A stretch of DNA of 53,824 nucleotides, filler included, from Basidiobolus ranarum (GCA_040143965.1; 4 parts of 4 records of this genome joined end to end with filler, not necessarily neighbours in it); one strand, 5' to 3'. Positions 1-13,502 are shown, counted from the first letter of the whole stretch. The notes: generated from the sequence alone by a model not told the origin. Numbers and translations are program-made.

Positions 1-34
1 CCATCACCGAGACGGCTAATAAGCCCCATTCAGA

Positions 35-43
35 GTGACTCAT
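35..43 (+). promoter_or_regulatory. Gcn4/CpcA-like AP-1 site (GTGACTCAT) upstream of ILV2
   Basis: Perfect TGACTCA core at 36-42, about 420 bp upstream of the ILV2 ATG. Function is inferred from ascomycete general amino-acid control. Confidence 0.5.
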
Positions 44-461
44 GATGGGCCGTAATCCGCACCAACTAGACAACTGATGTAGCGCTATGATACATTTGCA
101 GCATACACTAAATGCTTTTCCAACTCAAACAACTGATGTTTTCAATTTATGTAGCCAATATTAACTGAATACCTGTTTCAAATCCATTCTAGCGTTACGA
201 ATTCTCTCTTGATATCCAAGCTCCGGTTCAATTATTCCAAAAAAAGGGAAAAAAGGAAACCAACTTGAGTAGCGTTTGACCACGATTGCCTTATAAATCC
301 TGGTCAATCTTCTGATTGTCATCTACACTGATTTTGTTCTCCAATTCTTTTGGCATTTACGAGCATCTGTCTATTTCCTTTGGATCTACCAAATACCAGC
401 TACTGGCATTCATCGTAAACAATCACATTCATTCTCTCTTACTAGTCGATTCGCCTGAATC

Positions 462-2506
462 ATGCTTTCCTCAAGGTTTACCTCTCAAATTCGCCAACGC
501 GCACCTACGCTCCTAAATGCTTCGAAAAGATACGCAATCGCGACGAGTTACTATAGCCTAAATCGGTTTAAGAGCACTCTTAGGTTAGTAGATAAGAATT
601 CAGTATATATATTTTCATTTCGGTACTAAATCTTCTCATGCTATTTAGTGCTCGTCCAGCACATGAAAGTTCGGTAACCACCACTACACCTCTAGCAGAA
701 CCCCGTCTTGAACCACTAAAAACCCATGAACCTCAAGTTCATGAAAATTCATTTGTCGGCATGTCTGGGGGTGAAATCTTTCATGAAATGATGCTTCGTC
801 ATGATGTTAAACATATTTTTGGGTATCCTGGCGGTGCCATTCTTCCCGTTTTCGATGCCATTCATGACTCGAAACATTTCAATTTTATTTTACCTAGACA
901 TGAACAAGGGGCTGGTCATATGGCTGAAGGGTATGCTAGAGCCACTGGTAAGCCTGGAGTTGTTCTGGTTACCTCTGGTCCCGGAGCTACCAATGTCATA
1001 ACTCCAATGCAAGATGCACTTTCCGATGGTTTGCCATTGGTGGTGTTCTGTGGTCAAGTTCCCACTTCGGCAATCGGAACTGACGCTTTTCAAGAAGCTG
1101 ATGTTGTTGGTATCTCTAGGTCTTGCACTAAATGGAACGTCATGGTGAAAGATATTAACGAACTTCCTCGTCGTATAAATGAGGCCTTCGAAATTGCTAC
1201 TTCGGGTCGACCAGGGCCAGTATTGGTTGACTTACCAAAGGATGTTACTGCAGGTATCTTGACAAAGCCCATTCAAATCAAATCCTCTCTTCCTACCCGT
1301 CCCTGGAATCTTCATTATGATCCTGAAAAAATCAACGAATCTATCAAGAGGGCCGCGACAATGGTAAATCAAGCAAAATCCCCCGTCATCTATGCTGGAG
1401 CCGGTCTATTAAATCACCCTGAGGGCTCTGCCCTTCTTAAAAAATTGGCTAATGATGGTAACATCCCTGTCACTACCACTTTGCAAGGTTTAGGATTGTA
1501 TGATGAACTTGATGAGAAGAGTCTTCATATGCTTGGTATGCATGGTTCAACCTATGCTAACCTTGCTATGCAATCTGCTGATGTTGTTATTGCTCTTGGT
1601 GCTCGTTTCGATGATCGTGTTACCGGTAATCTAAAGAAATTCGCCCCTGTAGCTCAACAAGCTGCTCTTGATGGTCGAGGTGGATTCATTCATTTCGAAA
1701 TCATGCCAAAGAATATCAACAAAGTAGTCCAAGCAACTGAGGCAGTTGAAGGAGATGTAACCGAGAACCTCGCCAAGATGCTTCCAATGATCCAAAATGT
1801 TAAAAGAGATGCCTGGTTCAGTAAGATTAAAACTTGGAAACATAAATATCCTTTCGTGTATCCCAACGATGCACCTGAAGGGAAAATGAAGCCTCAAGCT
1901 GTGCTTGAAGAACTCAACCGTCAGATCGAACCCTTGAAAGAAAAGGTGACAATTACTACTGGAGTAGGACAACATCAGATGTGGGCTGCACAATACTTGC
2001 GTTGGAGACACCCTCGAAGCTTCATTACCTCTGGAGGGCTAGGTACAATGGGCTTCGGACTTCCATCTGCCATTGGTGCCAAGGTCGCCAAACCCGATCA
2101 CATTGTTATAGATATCGATGGAGATGCATCATTCTCCATGACCGGTATGGAATTGGCCACCGCTGCTCAATACAATATCGGTGTGAAAGTTCTTATCCTG
2201 AATAACGACTTCCAAGGCATGGTAAAACAATGGCAAGATCTCTTTTACGAAGAAAGATATTCTGGCACTGTTATGCACAACCCTGATTTCGTGAAATTAG
2301 CAGAGGCCATGGGGTGTAAGGGAATGCGATGTGATAACATGAAGGATCTTCCTAGTAAGATCCAAGAATTTTTAGAGTGCACCGAGCCTGTTGTATTCGA
2401 TGCTCGTGTTGATAAAGCTGAACATGTATATCCAATGGTACCCGCTGGTAAAGCTCTCCATGAAATGGTACTAGACAACTCACTTCCTCTTGATGAATCT
2501 AATTAA
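462..2506 (+). CDS. ILV2: Acetolactate synthase catalytic subunit, mitochondrial (exons 462-583, 649-2506)
   Basis: Motifs FGYPGGAILP, RHEQGAGH, GMHG, RFDDR and the ThDP motif GDASF...NN. Exon 1 encodes an Arg/Ser-rich presequence (MLSSRFTSQIRQR...). The GTTAGT...TAG intron 584-648 keeps frame. Confidence 0.97.
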
Positions 2507-3506
2507 GGTGTTCTTGTGGTGATATTCACTCCGGAACACACATTTTATTCATTACATATAATTTGATCTTTTGTTTTATTCTACTATCACCAAATATCTT
2601 TGGCATATATATATATATATCTTTACACCCTCGTTTCTACAAGCGAGTATCCATTTTGGCCGATTATGCTTCCATCATCTAACCACTGCCTAACACGTAT
2701 AAATAAAACTCGCAACTACGATTTTGTATTGTCCATCTATTGTTAGTTATCTACACTCAATCCCACTCACCAACATTCTTAATTTAGGATAGCCTAATTG
2801 AGCTATTAGACTCAAGAGGCAACATTTAGATTGACAATATACGAAATTGTATGATTTACAAAAAATCGCATGTTCTCAAGATGACACTTTGGTTCTTTCA
2901 TAAACCTATGTAATCAACATCCCCACTCAATTCAATGACTGACAATATACAATATCTAAAGATACCATTAAATATTACCAGAGACTATAATATGAAAAGC
3001 ACAAAGCAACCTCGACTCATGAAGCAGCTGAAATCAAAATTTAGCAGTTCATTGTTCTTACGCACTATGAACCTTACCAATATTCCTAGAAAATTGTATA
3101 ATCCTTTCCCCCCCCTCACTTCAGACATGAACGTCATCAATACAGAGACTTTAGAAGAAATTATGCCTGTAATAAGAAAAGAATTGATAAAAGTGAACTG
3201 AAACGGAAATTTATTTCAGGAAGAAGTTTCAATGAAATTATGAACAACAATGAAAATCGACCGCAAAACAAGGGATTTCTCATTCATCAGATAGTTTAAA
3301 ACATATAGTTTGAGTCCCCTCCCCCTCCTCCCTCACCCATATATCCTCTCAGATAATCCGGACAAGAAAAGAGAATAGGTATAAATTTTAGGGGATGAAA
3401 CTAATAAAGTTGGTTAAAGTGGTCACGAATATGAACTGAGTAAAACTTTCAAACCACCTTGGAAAAAATGACCGGTTCTAAATATTGACTATACGTTACT
3501 ATAGAA

Positions 3507-3770
3507 TTATTCCCGCTCGTGAGCACCTGCTTTAGAGTTAAGGTATTCATGACGTGCTACTCCCCAAGTGTAAACTGTATAGAAGATAATAGCTCCGGGA
3601 GCAATCCAAGGAATTTGAGAAACGAAACGACGATAGGTCTTGAAAAGACCGTTCTTGAGAACACCAGCAAAAGCACGTTGTTCATTAGGAGAAAGAGAGT
3701 AGGAGATAATACCACGTTGAGTGGGTCCACCAAGGTGACCCCAATTACCCATCCATTTTCCACCGCCCAT
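3507..3770 (-). CDS. QCR8: Cytochrome b-c1 complex subunit 8
   Basis: 87 aa with WMGNWGHLGGP, QRGIISYSLSP, one TM helix and a YLNSKAG end. Probable 5'-UTR intron at 3787-3876. Confidence 0.93.
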   Translation of the reverse strand: MGGGKWMGNWGHLGGPTQRGIISYSLSPNEQRAFAGVLKNGLFKTYRRFVSQIPWIAPGAIIFYTVYTWGVARHEYLNSKAGAHERE

Positions 3771-4733
3771 TTTGTTACTTGAAATTCTAAAGGTAATAAA
3801 GTTAGATAAGGTGAATGGTAAGAAAACGCTCTAGTGACCTGCAGTGAAAGTAAAAAATGAATTGTTCTACACTTACCAAAATATAGTAAAAAGGTACAGA
3901 GAAACCGTTGGTAACTGTTCGGGAAAAAATGGGAAATTTACGTAGCTCTGGTGCCCCAAGAGAATTGAAATTTTTTTGGCCCCTTCCCCAACCAAATTCA
4001 TTGGATTGATATTCATTTCCCCACATCATTACTCTTCATGGGTATGATGTAACTAAGAGACCGCACTAGCCCTATGATTATTTGCAATGAATGTATCCAG
4101 TAGCCTGGTGGTAGAAATGCCATGTAAATATTTGGTTTTGACCTGACTAAGGCTATTAACCTCCACCCTGAATCAGAGGCAGCATATTCAAAAGACTCGT
4201 TTTATTTCAAATATTCTCAGTCAACTGGCCAAACATAATTTGATAAAGGATAGGCCCATCTTTCTGCATGTATTAGTACAACTAATCAAAGACATTTATG
4301 CTATCTCCATTGATAATATCTGCCAAACCCCACCACGAGCTAAATTGGATCGAGATCAAGAGTTACCAATTAGATTAACTTCACTCTCAAACCTTTTATT
4401 ATATCATTTGAAGAAGACTCGAGGCAAGTGTGGTTAGCTCATGGTACTCTAGGACTACCCTTTCTTCCATTAAATCTAGCCTCCTTGGTCACAAGACTTG
4501 ACAGCATTTTGCTAGTTGAGAAAGCTCCACTCTGGGGTACGAAAAAAGAATTATTTCGTTAGCGCACTAAGAGAGAAGCTCTTCTTTCACCTCACTAGCT
4601 ATGCTCAAAATGGAATGAAGTAGTTGATGGTTTAAATGTGAATTTATTTAGACCAAATTGAATATGTTATTATGATGCGATGCAGGAATAACTAAATACC
4701 AACGATCTCCAGCTTCTATTTTGAGCGGATAAT

Positions 4734-5226
4734 CTAACTACCTCTGTAGGTAGTGTAAGAGTAGGGACTCAATAGGAGGGGAATATGATAGTGTTCCTCA
4801 GTATTGTTCACATCGAAGATGATCTAGAAAATATTGGTTAATATATCGGTCAGAAGTGACACATTTCCTCGTACATTTAATAAACTTACTTGAGCCTCAG
4901 GATAAAAGCAGGTCTTGCCTTGGCTTTTATAGTAATCTCCAGTACCGAAGACTACTCTGTAGACACCTACTTGAAAGTCATAATCCAGTGAAAGCAATTC
5001 GGGACAACGACCGTCCTCGTTGGTAAGACTAATAAAAACCACCATGAAAAAGGTTAAATGTTTACTTCAATTTAGTCAAGGAAAGGAAAAGTAAACTAAT
5101 TCACCTTTGGCTAAGGAATTCCCACTTTCCATTGATAAGCTTTTCAATGGTGAGTTGAACGGACTGAGCTGGCTTACCAACAGAGGAATCTAAAACGTGA
5201 GCGGTAATGGGACTTCTTGTACGCAT
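4734..5226 (-). CDS. uraH: 5-hydroxyisourate hydrolase, transthyretin-like (exons 5226-5105, 5028-4890, 4823-4734)
   Basis: Spliced product has SPITAHVLD, TNEDGR, FYPE, HYHIPLLLSPYSYTT and the diagnostic C-terminal YRGS*. Confidence 0.93.
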
Positions 5227-8200
5227 AGTGAACTGCAGAAATATTACTGAATAATGAGTACTAGTTATAATAAAAGATAAGACAAAGGACCTACTTGAAG
5301 TTTATCAAACAACCAACGTGAATTTTAACTTCTGTTCAATATATAACTTGTTGAAGTGACTTTTATAACTCATAGAAGAAATTATCTTAAATTGATAATC
5401 TCAAGATGGGAAATCAATCAATCAAGATGTGCTAAGAAAAGGTCCAGAAAATGACCCTCTCCCCTCATTACATGTTCCGGATGGGAAATTCCATTTTTAA
5501 TCGAATTTAAAGTAGATTTATCATTTAAAGTTTGGAAATTCCTCTTGAAAATATCCGGGTGTTTGCTTAGCCTCTGCCATTGCAATGAAGGATTAACTTC
5601 CGATATGCCGCAACAATAGTTGCCATGATTTGGAATTCAGCCTGGATGGATACCAACGTTAGTGTCTAATGTGATTTTTACGAGTAATTTGTAAGAGATT
5701 TTAGAAAGAACGATCTTGTAATACTAGTCACTTAATCACTTCTGCTTACTAAACTTCTGATACAAGATAAAAATTAAACAAAATTTGTGGGCCAAAATTC
5801 AGACATATATCCATACGTTGGATGGGCCGTAGGAGCTGATACAAGAACATTTGAAGGATTCTTTCTACTGCTAGTACGAGATATCAATGAGGAAGTAGCT
5901 AATCATATGAGGAGTTGGTACTTAAAGAAGTGGAGTGTAGTTGATTTTGCAGAGTTCTAGTATTAACGAGGCTTTAGAGAAAATCTATGAATGTGTAAAG
6001 AGGAATACCATGACATTAAGGCAGCATTGATAAATCACACCTTCTAAAACCTTGACACGCCTTAGGTTTCAGGATTAGGTACACAAGATGTGCTCCCCAT
6101 CTTCATCTAGCTATTAATCTTTTATCTCTACAGTGACTGCTATATTCCTGCTCATTGGCCACTCTATATGTGCTACAAACATATCTGGAGTTTACACAAG
6201 CAATAGTTAAAAGTTCACATTATCTCTTGATTCTTACTGAACCGTTGCTACTGAATTGGTAGTAGGTTTTCAATTGACCTATAAATAACGGATTCTCTTT
6301 CTGGTGAATCATCTTTTCAGTTTGTATTTTTGGGATATTACATTGAGTTACTGCTGAGAAATGTGGAACTTGCTTTAGTAGACAGTCTCGATGCTACTGG
6401 TAAACATATTTAAAATATGAGGAAATACTGGTAACAGAACCACATGCTTACACTGCAGAATGGATCAGAATTAGTGTTAAATAGTATTTCTTCGTTTAGC
6501 TCGATATCCTTACCTTACGTGTACCTACTTCATATGTCACGCCCATGTGCTTATCGTTTATTATTCGAATAGCACCAAGTTGAAGGCTGGAACATATGCT
6601 CATTATCTAGGGCAATTATCTATACTTCCACAGATATTCTGATCACAACCCTATCACTTTATTTTGCTTTACTCTCACCAGTATAAATGCTTTATTTCAG
6701 GTCAATAAATGCACAGTCTTGAAATATTCTTCTCTTTCTTACACTAGTTTGGTGATATAGATTCTATATATAGCATCAAATCATATTTCTGCCAGTCAGA
6801 AAGGCATTCAAGTTTCATTGTAGCAACTTACGGGCCTGTATTGAATATTTATTAATTGAAATGGATCAAAATACAGGCAGCTAGAATCACATACTATGTT
6901 ACCTTCAAATATATTTGAACCCTTGGGAAACGTGGCCCTCAAAAGATTTCAAAACCCTATTTACAATTATTATTAGAATGGTCAATGGAAATATGTAAGA
7001 GGAGTCATCCTTTCTGGATTATCTCCTGAGTCATATGAGAGTGGTCTAGGTCGCACTCACTTGATGGCCATATGCAAATATACTCAAGGAAATAGCAGGT
7101 CGCTTATCCAACCATTGAATGGGCTTTGGATCAGCTTCTAATTCAAATCACTTAACCCGGTAACACTTGACAAGGCAATAACATTACTTAAACCGAGTAT
7201 ACTAAGTGCTGAGATATTGAAGAGAGCAACATCTATCGAAATAAACGTCAGCTCACTTCGTAGCTCAATATTTTTGGTCAAATAAAGTAATTTTTGTTTA
7301 TTGAATATTTCAAATGGATTCAAATAACGGGTAAAATAGCAGAATAGAAGCGTGGATGATACTGGAGTAAATAAATATATGGCGCTTCTAGCGATCCAAT
7401 TTAAATAAACTTCAAGAGCAAAACATGACTAGGGAACGGAATTACATCATCGTTAGAGATAGTCTATCGCTGGTAGATTGGAATATTTAGCGGGCTCCTT
7501 CTAGGGCTTGAGCTTTTACTTTACCAGCCTCTGCTCTAGAGCCAAACATTAATATCACGACAAATACGTTAAGAAGAAGCAATCTGCGTGCGTTCAGAGT
7601 GTATTGCGTAGTGGGACTCATGCTTCAATCTAATCTCTTACTAACGTCACCTTGGTAAGTTCCTGGGATCGAACGAATTGAGTTAAGAAAGTGAAGGAAT
7701 GCAGATACACTAAAGCCATGAGCCTCTGTTCGTTGTGCTCGTTTATAAACCCTTCGTCCTGACTATCTCGTGAGCCCATAAACGGGCTTGTTCCGGAAAT
7801 TTATGCACCGTGTTAAATCTTCTTGCATCTAGCCTCATTTTGTGTTGAGTAAAGATAATTTGATTACCGGCTGTGATGACAGTTGGCGACCCTCGTATGC
7901 ATCAGGAACCCACCCTACATTACATATTCATGTTCACTCCGAGAAATCGAATTAAACATGTTGAGGATCATATCAGCACATACGGATTATTTGAATCATC
8001 GGTAAATAGATGAGTCCAGACGTCATTAGAATTACTGCTCATAAGACATACGTTTCAAATTGGCAAATTTGTCGTACGAACTGTGGGAATATTTACTGCA
8101 TTGGTTTTGAATTAAGAGCAGTTCCCTGCGATTCACATTCCTAGCTATCCCTCATCGCTTGATATTGGAATTGGCTATTTTAGGATAGATTATTCCCAGA

Positions 8201-9780
8201 AGTCACTTAAACTTAATACTATAATTACACTTTTAAAGCCATGTGTTTGGTTTGGTTTGGTTAGATGCACTGTTCAGCAAACAGATTGTCTATTCCTCAC
8301 TCTCTTGTTCTCCTATTTGCTGAAAGTCAAGTAACAGCACAGCACCTTGGCAACTGGATACGTTTTAACTCTGGCTTGGTTATGCTTTTAAACGCCTGCT
8401 CCACCAGCTCTAGGTCTAAGAGGAGTCTTGAATAGAATCAGCAAGACTGGTGCAATGCTTCTACAAAGATGCAGTACAAAATCGCCCAACATTAGTTGTA
8501 TTGACATAGAAAGATGTCCAGTCCGTCTCATGAATATTCCAGCATATAATCCTACTCATACTGTCAGAAAATTGGGAATCTCATCAACTAAAGACATGTC
8601 CTGGATTTAGACAGAAATGTTGCCGTCATAATTGAGAGCATTATTGTCAGCACAATAAACAAGAAACCCAACTCTGATCATCTATTAATCTTCAGCTGCA
8701 TTAAGTAAAAGTATTTGAGTGATTCTAGGTGAGGATTGCACCTCATATAGACATCAAATAGATACTCGGACACTGAACAGTCCTTAGCATCACTCTTTTC
8801 GGATGTCTACCTATTTGTTGGTGTGTGTTGTCCAAAATAATCATGCGAAAGTCCGAAATCCTCATGCACTGGTGAGTTTAAAACCACCATCAGAGTTTTA
8901 TTGACCAAAACTACAGGGTCAAGTAGAGATAGCGTCATGATTACGTCATGAGCATCGGTATATAGCTATAGACATGTCAATTAGAAATGTCCAAATTCTG
9001 AAAATAAGGTTGGCTGTCTGCTAAATCAGTTGACTTCATATTACTTGTTGGGTAGTCTAGGTAATCTCCAATCCTGAATGTGGTAGCACCACTCTCGAAA
9101 CCACTTATTTTTATCTCGCTTGGATATTTTCAATTAACGGCTGGCCAATGGCTAAGTAAGCCATCAATTCTGGACAGTTGTTAATCATTAGTGGCGGTAA
9201 TGTTCAGCTGACGGTTGCTGCCTATTGCTGAAGTACAGTGTTCTGAAAGCGCTGGCCATTACGCTTGGAGGTGTTCTCACAGGATAGAAATACTAAGAGT
9301 TTGTGCTAAAGTACCAGTTCACATTTGTTGACATCTACGTGAAATGATTGGCTAGAAACTACTAATGGTCAAAAACTTTGAATTAAGCACCTTGTAGAAG
9401 ATTGGTTGGTAGGCTAGCTCTGTGGTAGGCCGTCATACTTAAGTGGTGGTAGCACTGAGAATCTAAATTCGAGCGGTATGACCAAAACGGGCTTCTACTT
9501 CCAGCTCTCAGTCTGGGTGGCACACAATCGATATGAACTTCTGTGGACACCTAAAATAGAATTTCTAGTTAATAACTGGATTCTTTTGGCTTGATATGTT
9601 TCTTTTTTGAGTTGGGTGCATTTCCTTCTCAAGATCTTTCTATAACTTCTGAGAAATTTCGAAAGAAAAATCACATGAGATTGACGATCATATCTCGATG
9701 ACCAAGTTCTTTATAAGTACAAGGTGCTGCTCAGGAATACCACTCAAATAATCCTCTTTTTTTTAATAATACATACAAGC

Positions 9781-10281
9781 ATGTTTTCCGGTCAAAAGTT
9801 ACTCATGATTAGCGCTGTCTTGGGCACTGCAATGACTGTTACTGCTCAAGCTACTAACAATACTACTACAGTTCTCACTCCTCAAGCTAAATGTGTTTTG
9901 GACAGGAACTGCGGTGACGAAGCAAGCTGTATCGCCAGATGCTATGGAGTCCCTAGTCCCAACGCTCAGGATATTGCTAAAACTGATGCTTGCTATGCTG
10001 AATGTAATTCCGCAAGTACAAATATCGAAGCTACTGAAAAGTGTCGTGCAGCATGCAACGAAAAGTACTATCAACCTACCGGCCCTGTTGCAGTCGATAC
10101 CCCTGCACCCACCGCCAGCCAAACCTCTGCCGAATCTAAATCTACTGGCACTAATACTTCTACCACTAGTGGCACTGCTCCCCAAGCAACAGAAGACAAA
10201 CATAACTCCGCATCTTCATTCGCCGTCCTTAGTGTCACATCTTTGGCCGCGGCTTTCGTTGCCCTTTCTGTATTGTTGTAA
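9781..10281 (+). CDS. Small secreted Cys-rich, Ser/Thr-rich, probably GPI-anchored cell-surface protein
   Basis: ATG at 9781 begins a signal peptide. It is followed by an 8-Cys domain with GVPSPN, a Ser/Thr stalk and a hydrophobic C-terminal tail. TATAAG lies about 65 bp upstream. Confidence 0.85.
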   Translation: MFSGQKLLMISAVLGTAMTVTAQATNNTTTVLTPQAKCVLDRNCGDEASCIARCYGVPSPNAQDIAKTDACYAECNSASTNIEATEKCRAACNEKYYQPTGPVAVDTPAPTASQTSAESKSTGTNTSTTSGTAPQATEDKHNSASSFAVLSVTSLAAAFVALSVLL

Positions 10282-10891
10282 ATGTGCCTTTGGTTATCTA
10301 CTAAATCATTATCTACTATCTTCTAATAAATTAAATTTTCATCTACCAACCGTGTTTTTTTGATATTGTTGATAGTCGAAAAAAAAAAGATTTCTTTGAG
10401 ATCATCCTACCAGTGTACTTTTCAATGATAAGCAATCCATCCAAATTTAACTTCCAATTGAGATACAAATGGTTACTTCTTGACGATAGAACATTTTTGG
10501 GACTCGTTCATATCCAACCTATAATAGGAAGTGAAATAATCATGGGCGCTGACCAAATTTCCATCTTCTAACCTTAACCTTGTTGGTGTAGAATTCGAGG
10601 CATGCTCATTTATAGATATCAAGTATATTAGTGGGAATATTGGGCATTTCAAGAGAAATGATTTAGTACATTTAGTGGCTGATTTAAACATATCACAGAA
10701 AGAGTGAACTGGATTTTGAACTGGAACGAAAAGTAAGGTAAAAGTGAAAGCGGCGAAATTAATCAAGTAAAAATTATACAATATGCGATGTCAAGCTAAC
10801 CAGAAATATCTTTCGAAAGGTCTTGTTATAGACTGGTGATTAACTACTTTATCAAAATCGAATTTTTGTTCATGTGATGGGATTAAAGGGT

Positions 10892-12346
10892 TTAAAGAAC
10901 ATTGTAAGAATGCAAAATACGCACTGAAGCTGCGCTAAGATTGGGACTGTTGGTCATTTTGGCTACATCTCCAAGACCTTTGGTAGCAACCAAGTACTTA
11001 AGGCCATCGAGAGGGCTGGCAAACATCCCACGTGATAGTGGACCATTCTTCTTGCTTTGTGGTAGGTGGGAAGGTTTAGGGTTAGTTGTCTCAGGAAGGG
11101 TCAAGGCCACCTGGGGGGTCGGTAGTAAGAGATCGGATACTTTGGGTGGAACGCGGAGTTGTTCGATAAATTTTAATTCGTTTTCGTAATTAGGTAAAGG
11201 TGATGTTTCAAGCCTTGACTCACTCAATGAATGAATTGTGCTTTGTGCGTCATCTAAAAGAAGGGCATATTCATCAATCAACGAAGTCATCTTGGATTCT
11301 AAGTGCGACTGCCGTTTGTCGAGTGAGGAAAGGCTCTCTTGCATACCACTGTGCTCGTTTGCTACCTAATATAAATTCTCCGTTAGGTTACCTGAAGTTA
11401 ACTTACTGGATCAGAGTGAATCCACTTACTGTAACAATCTGATCTTGGACAAGCCTCAACTCATTACCAAGCTCGATATTTTGATTCAGCTGAAGTTGGA
11501 CAACATGCTCCACCTCCTCTTGGAAATTAAATACACTCTCTTTAGTCAGCTCCAAGTCTTGTTCAATATAATCTAGCGTAAAGAGAAGAAGAATGAGTTA
11601 AGACCATCATCAACTCTGTACTGGTGCTTGTACGCCACATACCGATTCTTTTGTTGAAAGTGGACGAAGAGGATTTGGCATCACCAATTTGATGCTGCAT
11701 CGTACTCATTTCACCAACAATATTATCCACCTCAGTGCGAAATTGCAAAAATTCTTCACGAATAGATTTCAACTCTCGATGCATATCACGATTCGTCCTA
11801 TTGAGTGACTTGATTCTACCTTCACTTTCGGATAGTTTGGTGGTTAAAAAATCGTTTTCTGACAACTTGTTCATCAACAACACTTTCTCCGCTTCTACTT
11901 CAGTAAATTGGGAAGTTTGATTATGAGAGAACAATTGTAACTTGGCTTCTAGCTCTTCATTTTTCTTGGCAATAGCAAAGCCTAGAGTGGCTGCTAAATG
12001 AAGTTCTTTTTCTTTTTCGATTACCATTTGCTTTAGTTGATTTATGTCATGGATATTGTTAACTTGCTCCACTAAACTGGCGAGTACGAATTCTACATGT
12101 TAGTAAAGAGATACACATGTTAGTGGGTGTATATCAACTTCACATAATACATCAATAGGTGGATGAGTTTACTTTACCCGAATCGAAATATTCACAACCA
12201 TCTAGTAAAGGCTCGAAGTGAGTGCTTTTAACAGGTGCAGATATAGGCTGTGTGACCTTGAAGAGGAAACTACATGAATCAATTGCTTATCCTTAGCAAA
12301 TGAAATTTCTAAATGTACTTACCTGAGAGACAATCTTGGTGTTCAT
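10892..12346 (-). CDS. Multi-exon coiled-coil protein with N-terminal HAP1/TRAK/BICD-like CC1 box (5' end uncertain)
   Basis: In-frame spliced exons link ORFs 11563-12072 and 10892-11344 through a middle exon (DYIEQDLELTKES...). The protein is heptad-rich and contains KEKELHLAATLGFAIAKKNEEL. The first-exon junction is not resolved. Confidence 0.75.
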
Positions 12347-13402
12347 GTTCTTTTCGCTCACGAGCTTAAAAGAGGGAAACTGTTGATAAGGCCAAAATAT
12401 AGAGAGTTCTCAGAATTTAAAGTTAGACACAGCAGAGGTAGGTTGTTAGTGATCAAAGAAACAGGACTACGAAGAATAGTCAAGGTTTTTATTCAAGTAT
12501 ATTTGAGAGTAGCAGCAGTGGAAAAGGAGTGAGGAGAGAACAGAATTGAAAATGGGGAAATAGTGTAACGGATGTAAGATGCAGTTAAGTTTCAATGAAC
12601 AATTAGCGGTCTAGATTACCAAATCCTTATTGATGACAGTCCAAATAAGTTGAGGCATTGAATGTAAACAATTAACATTTAATGTATTTAATATATTCAA
12701 ATATTCTCGCATCAAACTCGTCAGCTCCTCAGTAGCCTGTGCGAGTGGGATTGCCAGTAATATGCGATGTCAACTTTGAATACATGTATAGGAGATCAGC
12801 AAGAGCAGGAATAGGGTGGACTTATTGCAACACTTTCCACACCGCAGCTCCATTTTTCATTTGGGTTTTAGGAATGGCAACCAATAACATGACATGATCC
12901 CAAACACCCAGTGACCAAATCTCAATATTCTATATGCAAACTTCGGGTCTTCGTTTTCTACAGCAAATGAAGTCTGCTTGAGCGGAGCACTCCGTAACAA
13001 AATCTCTCCGAGCCAACAGGGAGATTGACACGAGATTCATCTGTTAAATGATTGAGTAGTGATTGCTTTTGTTATGCATGAATACCATTGTGGTCCACGT
13101 GGAAGCATACAAACCAACCACACATTAGCAGTCGCACATACGATGCCAGATTGGTGGCAGGGCAATGAGGTTTGTACTATATTTAGACCGCTTTGATAGC
13201 CTCATCTATTGGATATGTTTCAACCTAATCAGTGTAAATGGTTCTTTTAATGTAGAGTGGGTTAGCTTTTTGTTTCAATTAGAGATGTCACAGAGGATTC
13301 TTATTTAATACTTGTGAGACGAGAAAGTTTCCAGAAGAGAAAAGTTTGGTAAAAAAAAATAAATTCGGAAAGATTTAAAAAGGTTTCGAATCAAGATCCA
13401 AG

Positions 13403-13502
13403 NNNNNNNNNNNNNNNNNNNNNNNNNNNNNNNNNNNNNNNNNNNNTTAATTAATTAANNNNNNNNNNNNNNNNNNNNNNNNNNNNNNNNNNNNNNNNNN
13501 NN
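13403..13502. other. Artificial contig spacer (N44-TTAATTAATTAA-N44)
   Basis: Exactly 100 nt with a six-frame stop linker in the centre; identical to the two other spacers. Confidence 0.97.

Noticed and set aside
7..15. Leu3-like everted CCG/CGG site upstream of ILV2
   Set aside because: The spacer is 3 nt, not the 4 nt of CCG-N4-CGG.
2935..3201. 88-aa ORF between ILV2 and QCR8
   Set aside because: AT-rich, with no motif or codon bias; probably a chance ORF.
13447..13458. TTAATTAATTAA as a biological repeat, and the ORF 40409-40663 that runs into it
   Set aside because: It is a synthetic six-frame stop linker inside N runs.
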